64,000 bases of DNA. Origin: Leucobacter soli. GTDB taxonomy: Bacteria; Actinomycetota; Actinomycetes; Actinomycetales; Microbacteriaceae. Positions 55,720 to 64,000 of the stretch are shown here, piece by piece (the stretch's first letter is position 1; each line of letters begins with the position of its first letter). Below the pieces are notes generated by a model. The model was given only the letters and a program-made list of their open reading frames with translations, was not told the origin of the DNA and made no database searches. The DNA is taken from assembly GCA_040394175.1 (NCBI GenBank), contig JBEBSS010000005.1, forward strand, positions 32,909 through 96,908, written 5' to 3'. The translations under genes were made by a program, and so were the position numbers.

Positions 55720-55977
55720 ATGACCAACAACATCACGACTATTCACACCCCGTATCACGAGCTGGGCGACGGTTCGCCGCGCGTTCCGGGCTGGGCTCAG
55801 CACCGCAGTGTGTACCGCTCCGCCGGCCGTACTCTCTACCTCGTAGAGACCGACTCGCTCGCAACCGCCCACCGCGACCTCGACACCCTGTCGAATCGCG
55901 GGTGGGAGGTACACATCGAGCGCGCCGGCGACAGCGGTGCAAGCGCGAACATCTCCCTGTCTCGCAAGGCGGCGTAA
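55720..55977 (+). CDS. Small hypothetical protein (85 aa)
   Basis: GAAAGGA RBS before ATG 55720; MTNNITTIHTPY...RTLYLVETD...GWEVHIE; downstream terminator. Confidence 0.75.
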   Translation: MTNNITTIHTPYHELGDGSPRVPGWAQHRSVYRSAGRTLYLVETDSLATAHRDLDTLSNRGWEVHIERAGDSGASANISLSRKAA

Positions 55978-55979
55978 AG

Positions 55980-56001
55980 TTCGCGGCCGTTCGGCCGCGA
56001 A
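55980..56001 (+). terminator. Hairpin after the 85-aa gene
   Basis: 9-bp inverted repeat TTCGCGGCC-GTTC-GGCCGCGAA. Confidence 0.55.
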
Positions 56002-56092
56002 TCGCGTAGCGTGGGGGCGAGAGCAACTTGCTTGAGCGAGGGGGCGTCAGCGCCCCGATCCTCGCCCCGACACCAGCCCGGAGGGTATGCAC

Positions 56093-56584
56093 ATGAGCGA
56101 CGTCGAACTTGCTGAAGTCGAGAGCTTCCAACTCGATCACACGAAGGTGCGCGCACCGTACGTGCGCAGGATCGCGGTCGAGCACGGGCCGAAGGGCGAC
56201 GCGATCACCAACTACGACATACGTCTCGTGCAGCCCAACGAGGGAGAGATCCCGACCGCTGGACTCCACACGATTGAGCACACGATCGCAGGCCTGCTGC
56301 GCACGCGTCTCGGAGGGGTCATCGACATCTCGCCCTTCGGGTGCCGCACCGGCTTCCACCTGATCGTCTGGGGCGAGCCCTCGCCTGCGGAGGTGGCTTC
56401 GGCGATCAAGGCGTCGCTCGAGGACATCGCCGAGCGCATCACCTGGGATGACGTACCCGGCACCGATGCCGTGAGCTGCGGCAACTACCGCGACCACTCA
56501 TTGCACTCAGCACGGGAATGGTGCAGGCTCGTGCTCGAACAGGGCATCAGCGTCGACGCGTTCGATCGTTCCGTGCTGGCATAG
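56093..56584 (+). CDS. luxS: S-ribosylhomocysteine lyase
   Basis: '[15 protein letters not shown]', HTIEH, 'SPFGCRTGF', 'CGNY.DHSL'. Confidence 0.97.
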   Translation: MSDVELAEVESFQLDHTKVRAPYVRRIAVEHGPKGDAITNYDIRLVQPNEGEIPTAGLHTIEHTIAGLLRTRLGGVIDISPFGCRTGFHLIVWGEPSPAEVASAIKASLEDIAERITWDDVPGTDAVSCGNYRDHSLHSAREWCRLVLEQGISVDAFDRSVLA

Positions 56585-56632
56585 GCCCCCTGCGGTCGTC
56601 CGCGGCTCGCGCGACGGCCGGACTCCGGCGGC

Positions 56633-57709
56633 TCACCGCGGCGACGCGGTGAGGGCCGGCGGCCGCATCTTCGGTGGGGCAAGCTCGGGCTCGCGCCTGA
56701 ACTGTCTCGCGAGCACCAGTATCAGCGCCGTCGCTCCGAGTACGATCCAGCCCGCAACACCGAGCGGGCTGACGAGGGCGGGATCCAGCGGCGCACCGGC
56801 TGCCCCGACGATCAGGAACAGACCGGCGGAGGCGTTGAGCGCGCCATGTCCGACGACTGCCGGCCAGACCGAACCGGTACGCAGTCGAGTCCATCCGAGC
56901 AGAACGCCCCAGGCGACGCAGCCGCCGACCATCAAAGCGACTCCGGTCCAATCGGTACGGTTGAAGTTGTACCCGAGCAGGATCAGTGGCGAATGCCACA
57001 GCCCCCAGATCACACCGCTCAGCACCAGCGCGGGCCACACTCCGAGCGGACGCAGTGCAGGAAGCAGCCACCCCCGCCAGCCGATCTCCTCGCCGAACGC
57101 GAAGACGGAGTTGATCAGCGCGCCGAAGGGGATCGCGAGCATCTGCAGTGCAACGAGCAGGCCTAGCGCAGGCATCGTCGCCCTCGCGAGCTCGGCGCTC
57201 TCCGCGGGCAACCCCTCGAGTTGCGCGTCGATCACCTGCTGAAAGCCCGAAAAATGCACGAGATCCGGCGTGAGCCATCCGAATGCGGCGGCGACGCCGA
57301 GGCAGGCGATCGTGAGCAGAAGTGGCGCGAAGACCGCGGCAACGGTGAACCACACCACCCGCTTTGCGGGACGGAGCGGCCACATGCCGAGGAACCGAGT
57401 GCGTTCGGTGCGCGGCACCCGCATCAGGAACACCACCACGAGCATTGCCGCCGCCGGCGTGAACATCATGACGCTGGCGAGCGAGGAGAACAGTGCAGCA
57501 TATCCCGGGCGATCCGGATCGATCAGCCACGCAGGCAGCGAGACCGCCCATGCGAGCGCACAGGAGACCCCCACGAAGACTGCGACGGCGGCCCACGGAA
57601 CCCTGGCAGGCTTCCCGCGTTCGGCCACGGTCGATCCTTGCGGCGCCAAGGCTGCGCCCACCCCCTCGTGCGACTGCGAAATCGGCCCGTCGTTCATCTC
57701 GCTGCTCAT
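56633..57709 (-). CDS. CPBP-family (CAAX/Abi) intramembrane metalloprotease
   Basis: 'GEEIGWRG', 'WGLWH', 'H...N'; ATG 57709 overlaps the upstream stop. Confidence 0.93.
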   Translation of the reverse strand: MSSEMNDGPISQSHEGVGAALAPQGSTVAERGKPARVPWAAVAVFVGVSCALAWAVSLPAWLIDPDRPGYAALFSSLASVMMFTPAAAMLVVVFLMRVPRTERTRFLGMWPLRPAKRVVWFTVAAVFAPLLLTIACLGVAAAFGWLTPDLVHFSGFQQVIDAQLEGLPAESAELARATMPALGLLVALQMLAIPFGALINSVFAFGEEIGWRGWLLPALRPLGVWPALVLSGVIWGLWHSPLILLGYNFNRTDWTGVALMVGGCVAWGVLLGWTRLRTGSVWPAVVGHGALNASAGLFLIVGAAGAPLDPALVSPLGVAGWIVLGATALILVLARQFRREPELAPPKMRPPALTASPR

Positions 57710-58782
57710 TCCTGCACTCTCCTTGCCGCGGAGGACAGCATCGCCGCTGCCCGCACTGAGTCGTCTACCGTCACCGCGAACAGCCGGCCGTCCGTCCGCG
57801 TCGCCAGTATCCCTTCGCCGGTTCGCATGACCAGGCCGAACCGTCCCGGTGTCCAGCGCAACCCCCATCCACCGAACTCGGCGAACGGATTGATCTGCGC
57901 TGCCTCGACATGCTGCACATCCGAGGCGGGCAGCCGGAAGGTCGGCCAGCCGATGACCGACCTCGCTTCGAGCCCGCTCGCGTCGATGCGCACCTTGAAC
58001 CATGCGCCCGCGACGCAGAGCACGACGATGAGCACCATCACGGCAACCATCAGCACCCGCGTGATGGCCATGGTCCACAGCTCTTCCGGGGCCACCGGCA
58101 CGAGAAACACCATGACGGTGGCTGCGGTCACGACGACCACTCCCCCGCCGACCACCCAGAGGTACACCTTCGAGGGGCGCACCTCGCCGAACCAGACGGC
58201 CCGTTCGCTGCCCGCAAGCGGAAGCGGATCGGCGGGGTTCTCGGGATCGAGGCGAAGATCGAGTCGGGGTTGCGCGAACCAGGCGGCGATGCTCACGATC
58301 GCCCAGACGCCGAAGCTGATCAGCATCAGCCCGCCGATCGCCGGAGCGAGATGTGCATCCTCCAGATCAAGCTGTACCGCTGCGGAGGCGACGTTGTTGA
58401 TGCTCGTGAACACCGCGAAACCGGCAGTCACGGCTACGAGGAATCGCTGATGCGGCGACCAGAGCCCGGCCGACCGTTTCGGGCTGCTCAGTGAGGCCAT
58501 CGCCCACATCATCAGGGTCAGTCCGTATCCCAGGCCGACGTTGAGCCAGACGTAGGTCGCCGGCGCCCCGAAGCCGTCCGGTCCGCCGACAGCGCCCCAA
58601 TGGGTTGCCGCCGGATCGGGCATGCGCGGCAGCCAGACCGCGAGCACGATCGTCGAAGCCGTGATCACGGCGAGCGGAAGGATGAGCCCGATCCACAGCG
58701 CGATGCGCTTGGCTCGCGCGAGTGCCTCCCGCTGCTCGGCGGTCAGCCGGCGCGGTTCGGGACTCGAGGGGGCTGGGATCAT
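57706..58782 (-). CDS. DUF1648-domain membrane protein (SdpI-like N-terminus)
   Basis: 'LP.MPDP.ATHWG..G.PDGF', C-terminal PH-like 'EFGGWG.R'. Confidence 0.85.
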   Translation of the reverse strand: MIPAPSSPEPRRLTAEQREALARAKRIALWIGLILPLAVITASTIVLAVWLPRMPDPAATHWGAVGGPDGFGAPATYVWLNVGLGYGLTLMMWAMASLSSPKRSAGLWSPHQRFLVAVTAGFAVFTSINNVASAAVQLDLEDAHLAPAIGGLMLISFGVWAIVSIAAWFAQPRLDLRLDPENPADPLPLAGSERAVWFGEVRPSKVYLWVVGGGVVVVTAATVMVFLVPVAPEELWTMAITRVLMVAVMVLIVVLCVAGAWFKVRIDASGLEARSVIGWPTFRLPASDVQHVEAAQINPFAEFGGWGLRWTPGRFGLVMRTGEGILATRTDGRLFAVTVDDSVRAAAMLSSAARRVQE

Positions 58783-59189
58783 CGTGCGTGCTCCTTCGGC
58801 AGTGGGTTTCGGCGGGGAGGGGTCGATCCGATTCCGGATTGCACGCTCGCGCTCGCGACGAGGGACGCGAGCGCCCGGCTGCCGATACCGAGCGAGGCCG
58901 AACGTGCCACCAGCGCCTCGACCTCCCGGTGGAGGGCGGCGATCTCGGGCGCGAGCTTCGTCACTGCCGCGCCGCGTCCTCGCCTGAGGTCGATGAGGCC
59001 TTCGTCTCGGAGCACCTGGTAGGCGTGCAGCACCGTGTGCTTGTTGACGTCCAGGCCATGTGCGACTTCGCTCGCGGGCGGGAGCCGGTCTCCGGCGAGG
59101 ATCTCGCCTCGGGCGACTCCACGCCGAACGGCATCCGCGATCTGTGCGTAGATCGGCCGCTCGCTGGCGGCGTCCACCGAGAGCAGCAT
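58779..59189 (-). CDS. GntR-family regulator, YtrA subfamily
   Basis: 'PIYAQIADAVR', 'GDRLP...EVA..L.VN.HTV..AY..L..EG.I...RGRG'; short C-terminus. Confidence 0.93.
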   Translation of the reverse strand: MLLSVDAASERPIYAQIADAVRRGVARGEILAGDRLPPASEVAHGLDVNKHTVLHAYQVLRDEGLIDLRRGRGAAVTKLAPEIAALHREVEALVARSASLGIGSRALASLVASASVQSGIGSTPPRRNPLPKEHAR

Positions 59190-59210
59190 GCGTCGCCTCC
59201 CTGATGAATA

Positions 59211-59232
59211 ATTCTACTATAACTATAACTTA
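59211..59232. promoter_or_regulatory. AT-rich YtrA-type operator/promoter
   Basis: TACTAT-AACT-ATAACT imperfect palindrome about 25 nt upstream of the GntR start. Confidence 0.45.
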
Positions 59233-59376
59233 TTGAGACTGCGGCCCTTCTTCCTCCAGCCCCGAAGCACACAAGCGACCTGCATCCCGCACTTCGAATT
59301 CGCGGAGAACTCGGGTGCGGAACGCAGATCGCTTGCAGACCGGCGGCGCGCTGCCGCTCGAAGGCCGACCGGGTGC

Positions 59377-60537
59377 TTAGAACGCGGCGATCCCCGTCAG
59401 CTCTCGTCCGATGACCAGCTGGTGCACCTCATCGGTGCCCTCGTAAGTGCGGACCGATTCGAGGTTCGCCATGTGCCGCATGACCGGGAACTCTGATGTG
59501 ATGCCATCTCCGCCGAGCATCGCACGGCACTTCGAGGCGATCTTGATGGCCTCGCGCACATTGTTGAGCTTGCCGACCGAGATCTGACCGTAGGACAGCT
59601 TGCCCGCATCCTTCAGCCGTCCGAGATGCAGCGCGAGCAGCAGACCCTTTTCGTACTCGACGAACATATCGGCCAGCTGGCCCTGGATGAGCTGCTTCCC
59701 GCCGATGAGCTCCCCGTACACCTGACGGGTCTGCGCACGACCCACTGCCGCTTCGAGGCACGAGCGCGCGGCGCCCATGGCGCCCCAGGCGATTCCGTAG
59801 CGGGCTTCATTCAGGCACTTGAAGGGGGCCGAGAGGCCGCGCGCCTCCGGCAGCATGGCATCGAGCGGCAGACGCATCTCGGTCAGCTCGATCTCGGTCT
59901 GCAGCGAAGCGCGCATCGACAGCTTGTTCTCGATAGCGGTCGCCGTGAATCCCGGAGTGTCGGTCGGCACGACGAATCCGCGCACCACGCCTTCCTCGTC
60001 CTTCGCCCAGATCACGCCGACGGAGGCGATGGTGGCGAGGCCGATCCAGCGCTTCTTGCCGTTGAGCACCCATTCGTCGCCTTCGCGACGCGCGTTCGTG
60101 AGCATGGTGTTGGGGTCGGAGCCGCCCTGGGGCTCGGTGAGACCGAAGAATCCGATCGCCTCGCCGCGGCCCATCGCGGGCAACCAGCGCTGCTTCTGCT
60201 CTTCGCTGCCGAACTTGTAGATCGCGCCCATCGCGAGCGAACCCTGCACGGAGAGCGCGGTGCGGAAGCCCGAGTCAGCGGCTTCGAACTCCATCGCGAC
60301 GAGTCCGTAGGCCACAGACGACGCACCGCGCAGTCCGTAGCCATTCATGTACATGCCGAATGCGCCGAACTCGCCCACCTTGGGCAGCAGTTCCACAGGC
60401 AGACGGCGATCCTCGAATGCCTGATCGATGATGGGGTTGATGTGGGTCTGCGCGAACTCGCGCGCCTTCATCTGCCACTCGCGCTCTTCTTCGGTGACGA
60501 AGTCGGAGATGTCGAACAGTTGGTCGATCGTAGTCAT
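59377..60537 (-). CDS. Acyl-CoA dehydrogenase, glutaryl-CoA dehydrogenase-like
   Basis: 'SVQGSLAM.AI..FGSEEQK', 'FGLTEP..GSDP', 'LNEARYGIAWG', 'GGDGI', 'TYEGT.EVH.L'; start at ATG 60537. Confidence 0.92.
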   Translation of the reverse strand: MTTIDQLFDISDFVTEEEREWQMKAREFAQTHINPIIDQAFEDRRLPVELLPKVGEFGAFGMYMNGYGLRGASSVAYGLVAMEFEAADSGFRTALSVQGSLAMGAIYKFGSEEQKQRWLPAMGRGEAIGFFGLTEPQGGSDPNTMLTNARREGDEWVLNGKKRWIGLATIASVGVIWAKDEEGVVRGFVVPTDTPGFTATAIENKLSMRASLQTEIELTEMRLPLDAMLPEARGLSAPFKCLNEARYGIAWGAMGAARSCLEAAVGRAQTRQVYGELIGGKQLIQGQLADMFVEYEKGLLLALHLGRLKDAGKLSYGQISVGKLNNVREAIKIASKCRAMLGGDGITSEFPVMRHMANLESVRTYEGTDEVHQLVIGRELTGIAAF

Positions 60538-60644
60538 GAGATTCCTTTGCTGTGGGGGAAGGAGGATCCGCAGCCGAGCAGGCGGCGGATCCGGCGGTGC
60601 GGTCGGCCTCGGAGCTGCAAGCTCTCGGGTGCCACCGCTCGGGC

Positions 60645-61895
60645 TTAGTCGTTCGGGAGCCAGTCGGCTCCGTTGTGTGCCCCGAGCTCTGGTGGCGGTG
60701 CACCGTAGCGTGCCGGGGTGGCCGAGAACGAGATGGGTGTGGCGATGGATCGCAGCACCCTCGGGCTTCCGTCCGCGGCGGTGGCCGGGGTTTCGGCGAC
60801 CATGCCGAGATCGAGGGACTCGGCGAGCTCGATTGCCTGGGCGATGCTGTTCACGCGGCCCGCCGGAATCGTCTCGGCGGTGAGCGCGTCGATCCACTCG
60901 GAGGCGGAGCGGGTGCGGAGGCGATCCTCGATCTGCGACCGCAGGTCCACACGGTTCGCGACGCGCGACGGGTTGTCCGCGAAGCGTGGATCGTCGGCGA
61001 TCTCAGGCGCACCGATCACGGCGCAGAGCCTCCGGAATTGTCCGTCGGTGCCGACCGCGAGTGCAATCGGCTGGTCGGCCGCCGCGAAGGTCTCGTAGGG
61101 GGCGATTGACGGATGTGCGTTCCCCATGCGGCCGGGGGATGTGCCCGTTTCGAGCGTCGACGACGCCTGATTTGCGAGTGCGGAGAGGAGTGAGCCCAAC
61201 AGCGTCACCTTGACGTGCTGACCGTGTCCCGCGAATCCGTTCGACGCAGCAGGACCGCCGCCGGAGACCCCGTGCGGCGATGCGATCCGGCTCGAGTCTC
61301 TCGCGCGCAGCGCGGCTTGGATACCGATCACCGAGTTGAGGCCGGTCAGAATGTCGACGAGCGCCACACCGACCTTTGTCGGCTCTCCCCCGTCTGCGTC
61401 GCTCTGGCCGGTGATGCTCATCAGGCCGCCGACGGCCTGCACCAGCAGGTCGTAGCCGGGCAGTTCCGCGCCCGCGGTGTCGCCGAAGCCGGAGATCGAG
61501 CAGTAGACCACACCGGGGTTCTCCGCTGCGATGCGTTCGTATTCGAGGCCGAACTTCGCCATCGTGCCCGGTTTGAAATTCTCGATCACCACGTCGGCGG
61601 TGGTCGCGAGTTCGCGAGCCCGCTCGATGCCTTCTCGAGTGCGCAGGTCGAGCACGATGGAGCGTTTGCCGCGGTTCACTCCGGCAAAGTAGGTGCTCTG
61701 CCCGACCGCGTTGGTCGGCGGCGACCACTGGCGGGTCCCATCGCCCTCTGGGCTTTCGATCTTGATCACATCGGCACCCAGGTCCGCAAGGATCATCGTG
61801 GCGTGGGGGCCTGCGAGCACTCGCGAGAAGTCGGCGACTCGAACGCCCGCCAAGGGCCCCTTGGCCGGTGCCGCTGCTGATTCGCTCACTCGCAT
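60645..61895 (-). CDS. Family III (CaiB/BaiF) CoA-transferase
   Basis: 'PLAGVRV.DFSRVLAGP', 'NRGKRS', 'ENFKPG', 'PGYD', 'APY'; the start may be GTG 61889. Confidence 0.95.
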   Translation of the reverse strand: MRVSESAAAPAKGPLAGVRVADFSRVLAGPHATMILADLGADVIKIESPEGDGTRQWSPPTNAVGQSTYFAGVNRGKRSIVLDLRTREGIERARELATTADVVIENFKPGTMAKFGLEYERIAAENPGVVYCSISGFGDTAGAELPGYDLLVQAVGGLMSITGQSDADGGEPTKVGVALVDILTGLNSVIGIQAALRARDSSRIASPHGVSGGGPAASNGFAGHGQHVKVTLLGSLLSALANQASSTLETGTSPGRMGNAHPSIAPYETFAAADQPIALAVGTDGQFRRLCAVIGAPEIADDPRFADNPSRVANRVDLRSQIEDRLRTRSASEWIDALTAETIPAGRVNSIAQAIELAESLDLGMVAETPATAADGSPRVLRSIATPISFSATPARYGAPPPELGAHNGADWLPND

Positions 61896-61958
61896 CTCCT
61901 TCGTTCGCCTGCTCTTGCCGCCAGTCTAGGAGGGCTCCCGCGGAAACGATCGAGAATA

Positions 61959-61991
61959 ATTGCACACTGTCTCGTGCTTTCTCTGTGCAAT
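61959..61991. promoter_or_regulatory. Inverted repeat in the divergent CoA-transferase/PucR promoter
   Basis: ATTGCACA-N17-TGTGCAAT (8-bp perfect arms); PucR binding is inference. Confidence 0.5.
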
Positions 61992-62000
61992 GATGTACTT

Positions 62001-63524
62001 ATGGCCACCCTGTCGCAGCTGCTCGCGGTTCGCGAGCTCGGCCTTCGGCTTGTGCAGTCCGCTCCCGAGGATCCGCAGCTCACCTGGGTGTCCACCACGG
62101 AACTGCTGCATCTCGCGGACTACCTCGAGGGAGGCGAACTGGTGCTCACCACCGGCGTCTCTCTGGGCGCGGAGGACCCGCGCTGGCGCGACTTCGTCGC
62201 GGGCCTCAGTCGCGCGCGCATCGCCGCGATCGGCTTCGGCGTCGGGGTGGTGCACGAGCGGATCCCCGCACCGCTCGTTGCAGCAGCGAGCGACTATCGC
62301 GTCGCCCTCGTCGAGGTCCCGCCTCCCACCCCGTTCATCGCGGTGAGCAAGGCAGCATCGAACCTGCTCCGGGCGGATGAGATGCGCGCTGCCAGGCAGG
62401 CGCTCCAGGCGCATCAACGTCTGATCGAAGGAGCGCGCAGCAGCGCCGATTCCGCGTCGGTGCTCGCGAGCATCGCCCAGGCGACCGGTCGGCAGCTCGC
62501 GCTCCAGATCGGCGGTGGCGCGCTCGGCGAAGGCGCGATCATCGCGAGCACTGCGGGCTTTTCCGCCGCTGCGCACGCGGACGCCGCCGGCGTCGAAGCG
62601 ATGCCGCTCGACAGCGAGGACGCTGCCCGGGTGCTCGTCGCTTCCGGTCCGCAGCTCGGGCCGGAAGCACAGGCGGTCGTCGCCGCGGGCGTCATGGTGC
62701 TCGGCATGAACTATCGTGGCGACCTTGCCGAGCATGCGCGCGAACGAGAGCGCTGGTCGCGTCTGACGCTCGCGTTGCTCATCGACGCCGCCGGAGTCGA
62801 AGCCGCCCGGGTGCTCGACCCCGAGATCGAGATGCCCGGCGAGCTGCGCGCGATCGCCGTGCAGGGCGCGTCCGAGCACGTTGCCGAATGGCGAAGGGCG
62901 CCGCGGCAATCGCTCGAACGCCTCGTCACCGCGGGCACACCGCGCGCGGACGGCGTCTCGCTCGCCTGGCAGCTGTGCCCCGCGGACGAGGGGTCCGTCG
63001 CGGCCGCGCTCCGTGTCGCCGCGGCACACGACCTCGATGTCGTGGTCGGACGCGCCTCGCCCCTCAACCAGCTGTCGCTCAGCAGGAACTCCGCATCCGC
63101 CCTTGCCAGCTCACTCTCGCGCGTGGCACCGCTCTACGACTCGCCCAGGGTGCCCCAGGTGCTTCGGGCGGAGCGCGCAGCACCGCTGCTCGAGGCGCTG
63201 CTCGGCGCCGAGGTCGACTCGTCCGGACGAGCCGCACCGAGCGATGCAGTGCTCGGCCCGCTCGCGCTGTCGGCGAGCGGCGCCCCTCCGGCCGACCGGA
63301 TCGGCGCCGACGAGCTGTCGAGCCTCCGAGCGACCCTGAGAGCGCTTCTCGAACACCACGGCCAGCGGACCCCCACTGCCGCACGGCTGGGCGTGCATCG
63401 CAACACGCTGCGAGACCGTGTGCATCGCATCGAGGAACTCACCGGCCGGTCCCTCGATGACCCGGATGCCCGGGCCGAACTCTGGCTCGCGCTTCGCATC
63501 GAAGAGCAGCGCGCGAGAATCTGA
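62001..63524 (+). CDS. PucR/CdaR-family transcriptional regulator
   Basis: N-terminal 'WV.TTEL...ADYL.GGELVLTTG'; C-terminal HTH 'TAARLGVHRNTLR.R..RIEELTG'; start at ATG 62001. Confidence 0.93.
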   Translation: MATLSQLLAVRELGLRLVQSAPEDPQLTWVSTTELLHLADYLEGGELVLTTGVSLGAEDPRWRDFVAGLSRARIAAIGFGVGVVHERIPAPLVAAASDYRVALVEVPPPTPFIAVSKAASNLLRADEMRAARQALQAHQRLIEGARSSADSASVLASIAQATGRQLALQIGGGALGEGAIIASTAGFSAAAHADAAGVEAMPLDSEDAARVLVASGPQLGPEAQAVVAAGVMVLGMNYRGDLAEHARERERWSRLTLALLIDAAGVEAARVLDPEIEMPGELRAIAVQGASEHVAEWRRAPRQSLERLVTAGTPRADGVSLAWQLCPADEGSVAAALRVAAAHDLDVVVGRASPLNQLSLSRNSASALASSLSRVAPLYDSPRVPQVLRAERAAPLLEALLGAEVDSSGRAAPSDAVLGPLALSASGAPPADRIGADELSSLRATLRALLEHHGQRTPTAARLGVHRNTLRDRVHRIEELTGRSLDDPDARAELWLALRIEEQRARI

Positions 63525-63552
63525 CACGCTGACGGCGCTCGCGCCATGGACG

Positions 63553-63735
63553 TCAGTCGGTCGTGTGACCGACCTCATCGTGCTGAGCGCTGTGCGGCTC
63601 GTGCAGATCGTGCAGCACTCCGCTGAGGTTTCCATGGACGAGATCGTCGATGAGCGCGTCCACCGCGACGGCCTGGTTCTCGCCCTCGATGATTTCCATC
63701 CGAATGCCGGTCTCTGAGGCTCGTTTCTTTTCCAT
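63553..63735 (-). CDS. Small acidic, His-rich hypothetical protein (60 aa)
   Basis: TATCGT -10-like hexamer 5 nt before ATG, with GAGG; helix 'VDALIDDLV.G.L..VL.DL'. Confidence 0.5.
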   Translation of the reverse strand: MEKKRASETGIRMEIIEGENQAVAVDALIDDLVHGNLSGVLHDLHEPHSAQHDEVGHTTD

Positions 63736-63830
63736 ACCTCACGATACCGCGGTTCTCGCCCAATGCTCAGTAACGATTCTGCACAGGCGATCCGGGCTCA
63801 CAGGCAGGTCACGGGCAACTCGCCGAGGCG

Positions 63831-63998
63831 TCAGTAGAGCAGGAACGGCGACGTGCCGTTGCCCGGAACGCCCGCTGCAGCCACCTGCAGATGGTAGGTC
63901 GCGCCGTCCGCGTCCACCGGGTCTCGACCGATGTCGCAGGTCTCAGGGCTGCTTCGCGTGCGGTCCCAGACGATGGGTTCGGTCTGCAGCGGCGTACC
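63831..63998 (-). CDS. 3' end of a hypothetical protein, truncated by the window edge
   Basis: Open frame GTPLQTEPIVWDRTRSSPETCDIGRDPVDADGATYHLQVAAAGVPGNGTSPFLLY*. Confidence 0.7.
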   Translation of the reverse strand, partial: GTPLQTEPIVWDRTRSSPETCDIGRDPVDADGATYHLQVAAAGVPGNGTSPFLLY

Positions 63999-64000
63999 GG

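Noticed and set aside
56036-56067. Hairpin CGAGG-GGGCG-TCAG-CGCCC-CGAT-CCTCG upstream of luxS as an SAH riboswitch
   Set aside because: It is a single GC-rich hairpin without the GAGGAGCGYUGC / CCAGGCUC core or the pseudoknot partner.

Overview
A 64-kb chromosomal window from a high-GC actinobacterium. Gene content and protein styles suggest Microbacteriaceae, possibly Leucobacter-like; this is inferred, not searched. I found about 70 CDS and one tRNA-Ser(CGA), and no rRNA, CRISPR array, integrase or transposase. Core-type genes (acyl-CoA oxidase, murB, MaoC/Had-like pair, accA, lpdA, Orn/Lys/Arg decarboxylase, rimK, DtxR-family regulator, cspA, luxS) alternate with accessory catabolic cassettes. 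These are (i) a Baeyer-Villiger monooxygenase/SDR/crotonase/cyclase cluster, (ii) three independent polar-amino-acid ABC importers, each with its own regulator and with atypical C-N hydrolases (a deiminase-like amidohydrolase plus carbamoylase; two ureohydrolases lacking the canonical GGDH histidine; an Ntn/GGT hydrolase), and (iii) a PucR/CoA-transferase/glutaryl-CoA-dehydrogenase-like module. The most notable non-coding signals are a PafBC-type DNA-damage promoter with a LexA box that has no intact large gene behind it (49033-49076), an unclassified ~220-nt structured leader between a Pfs-like nucleosidase and luxS (55500-55719), a DtxR/IdeR box (33983-34001), and several operator-like motifs. 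Many start codons were moved from the ORF track using RBS, overlap and homology-start reasoning. All functional calls come from motif recognition by eye, with no database search.
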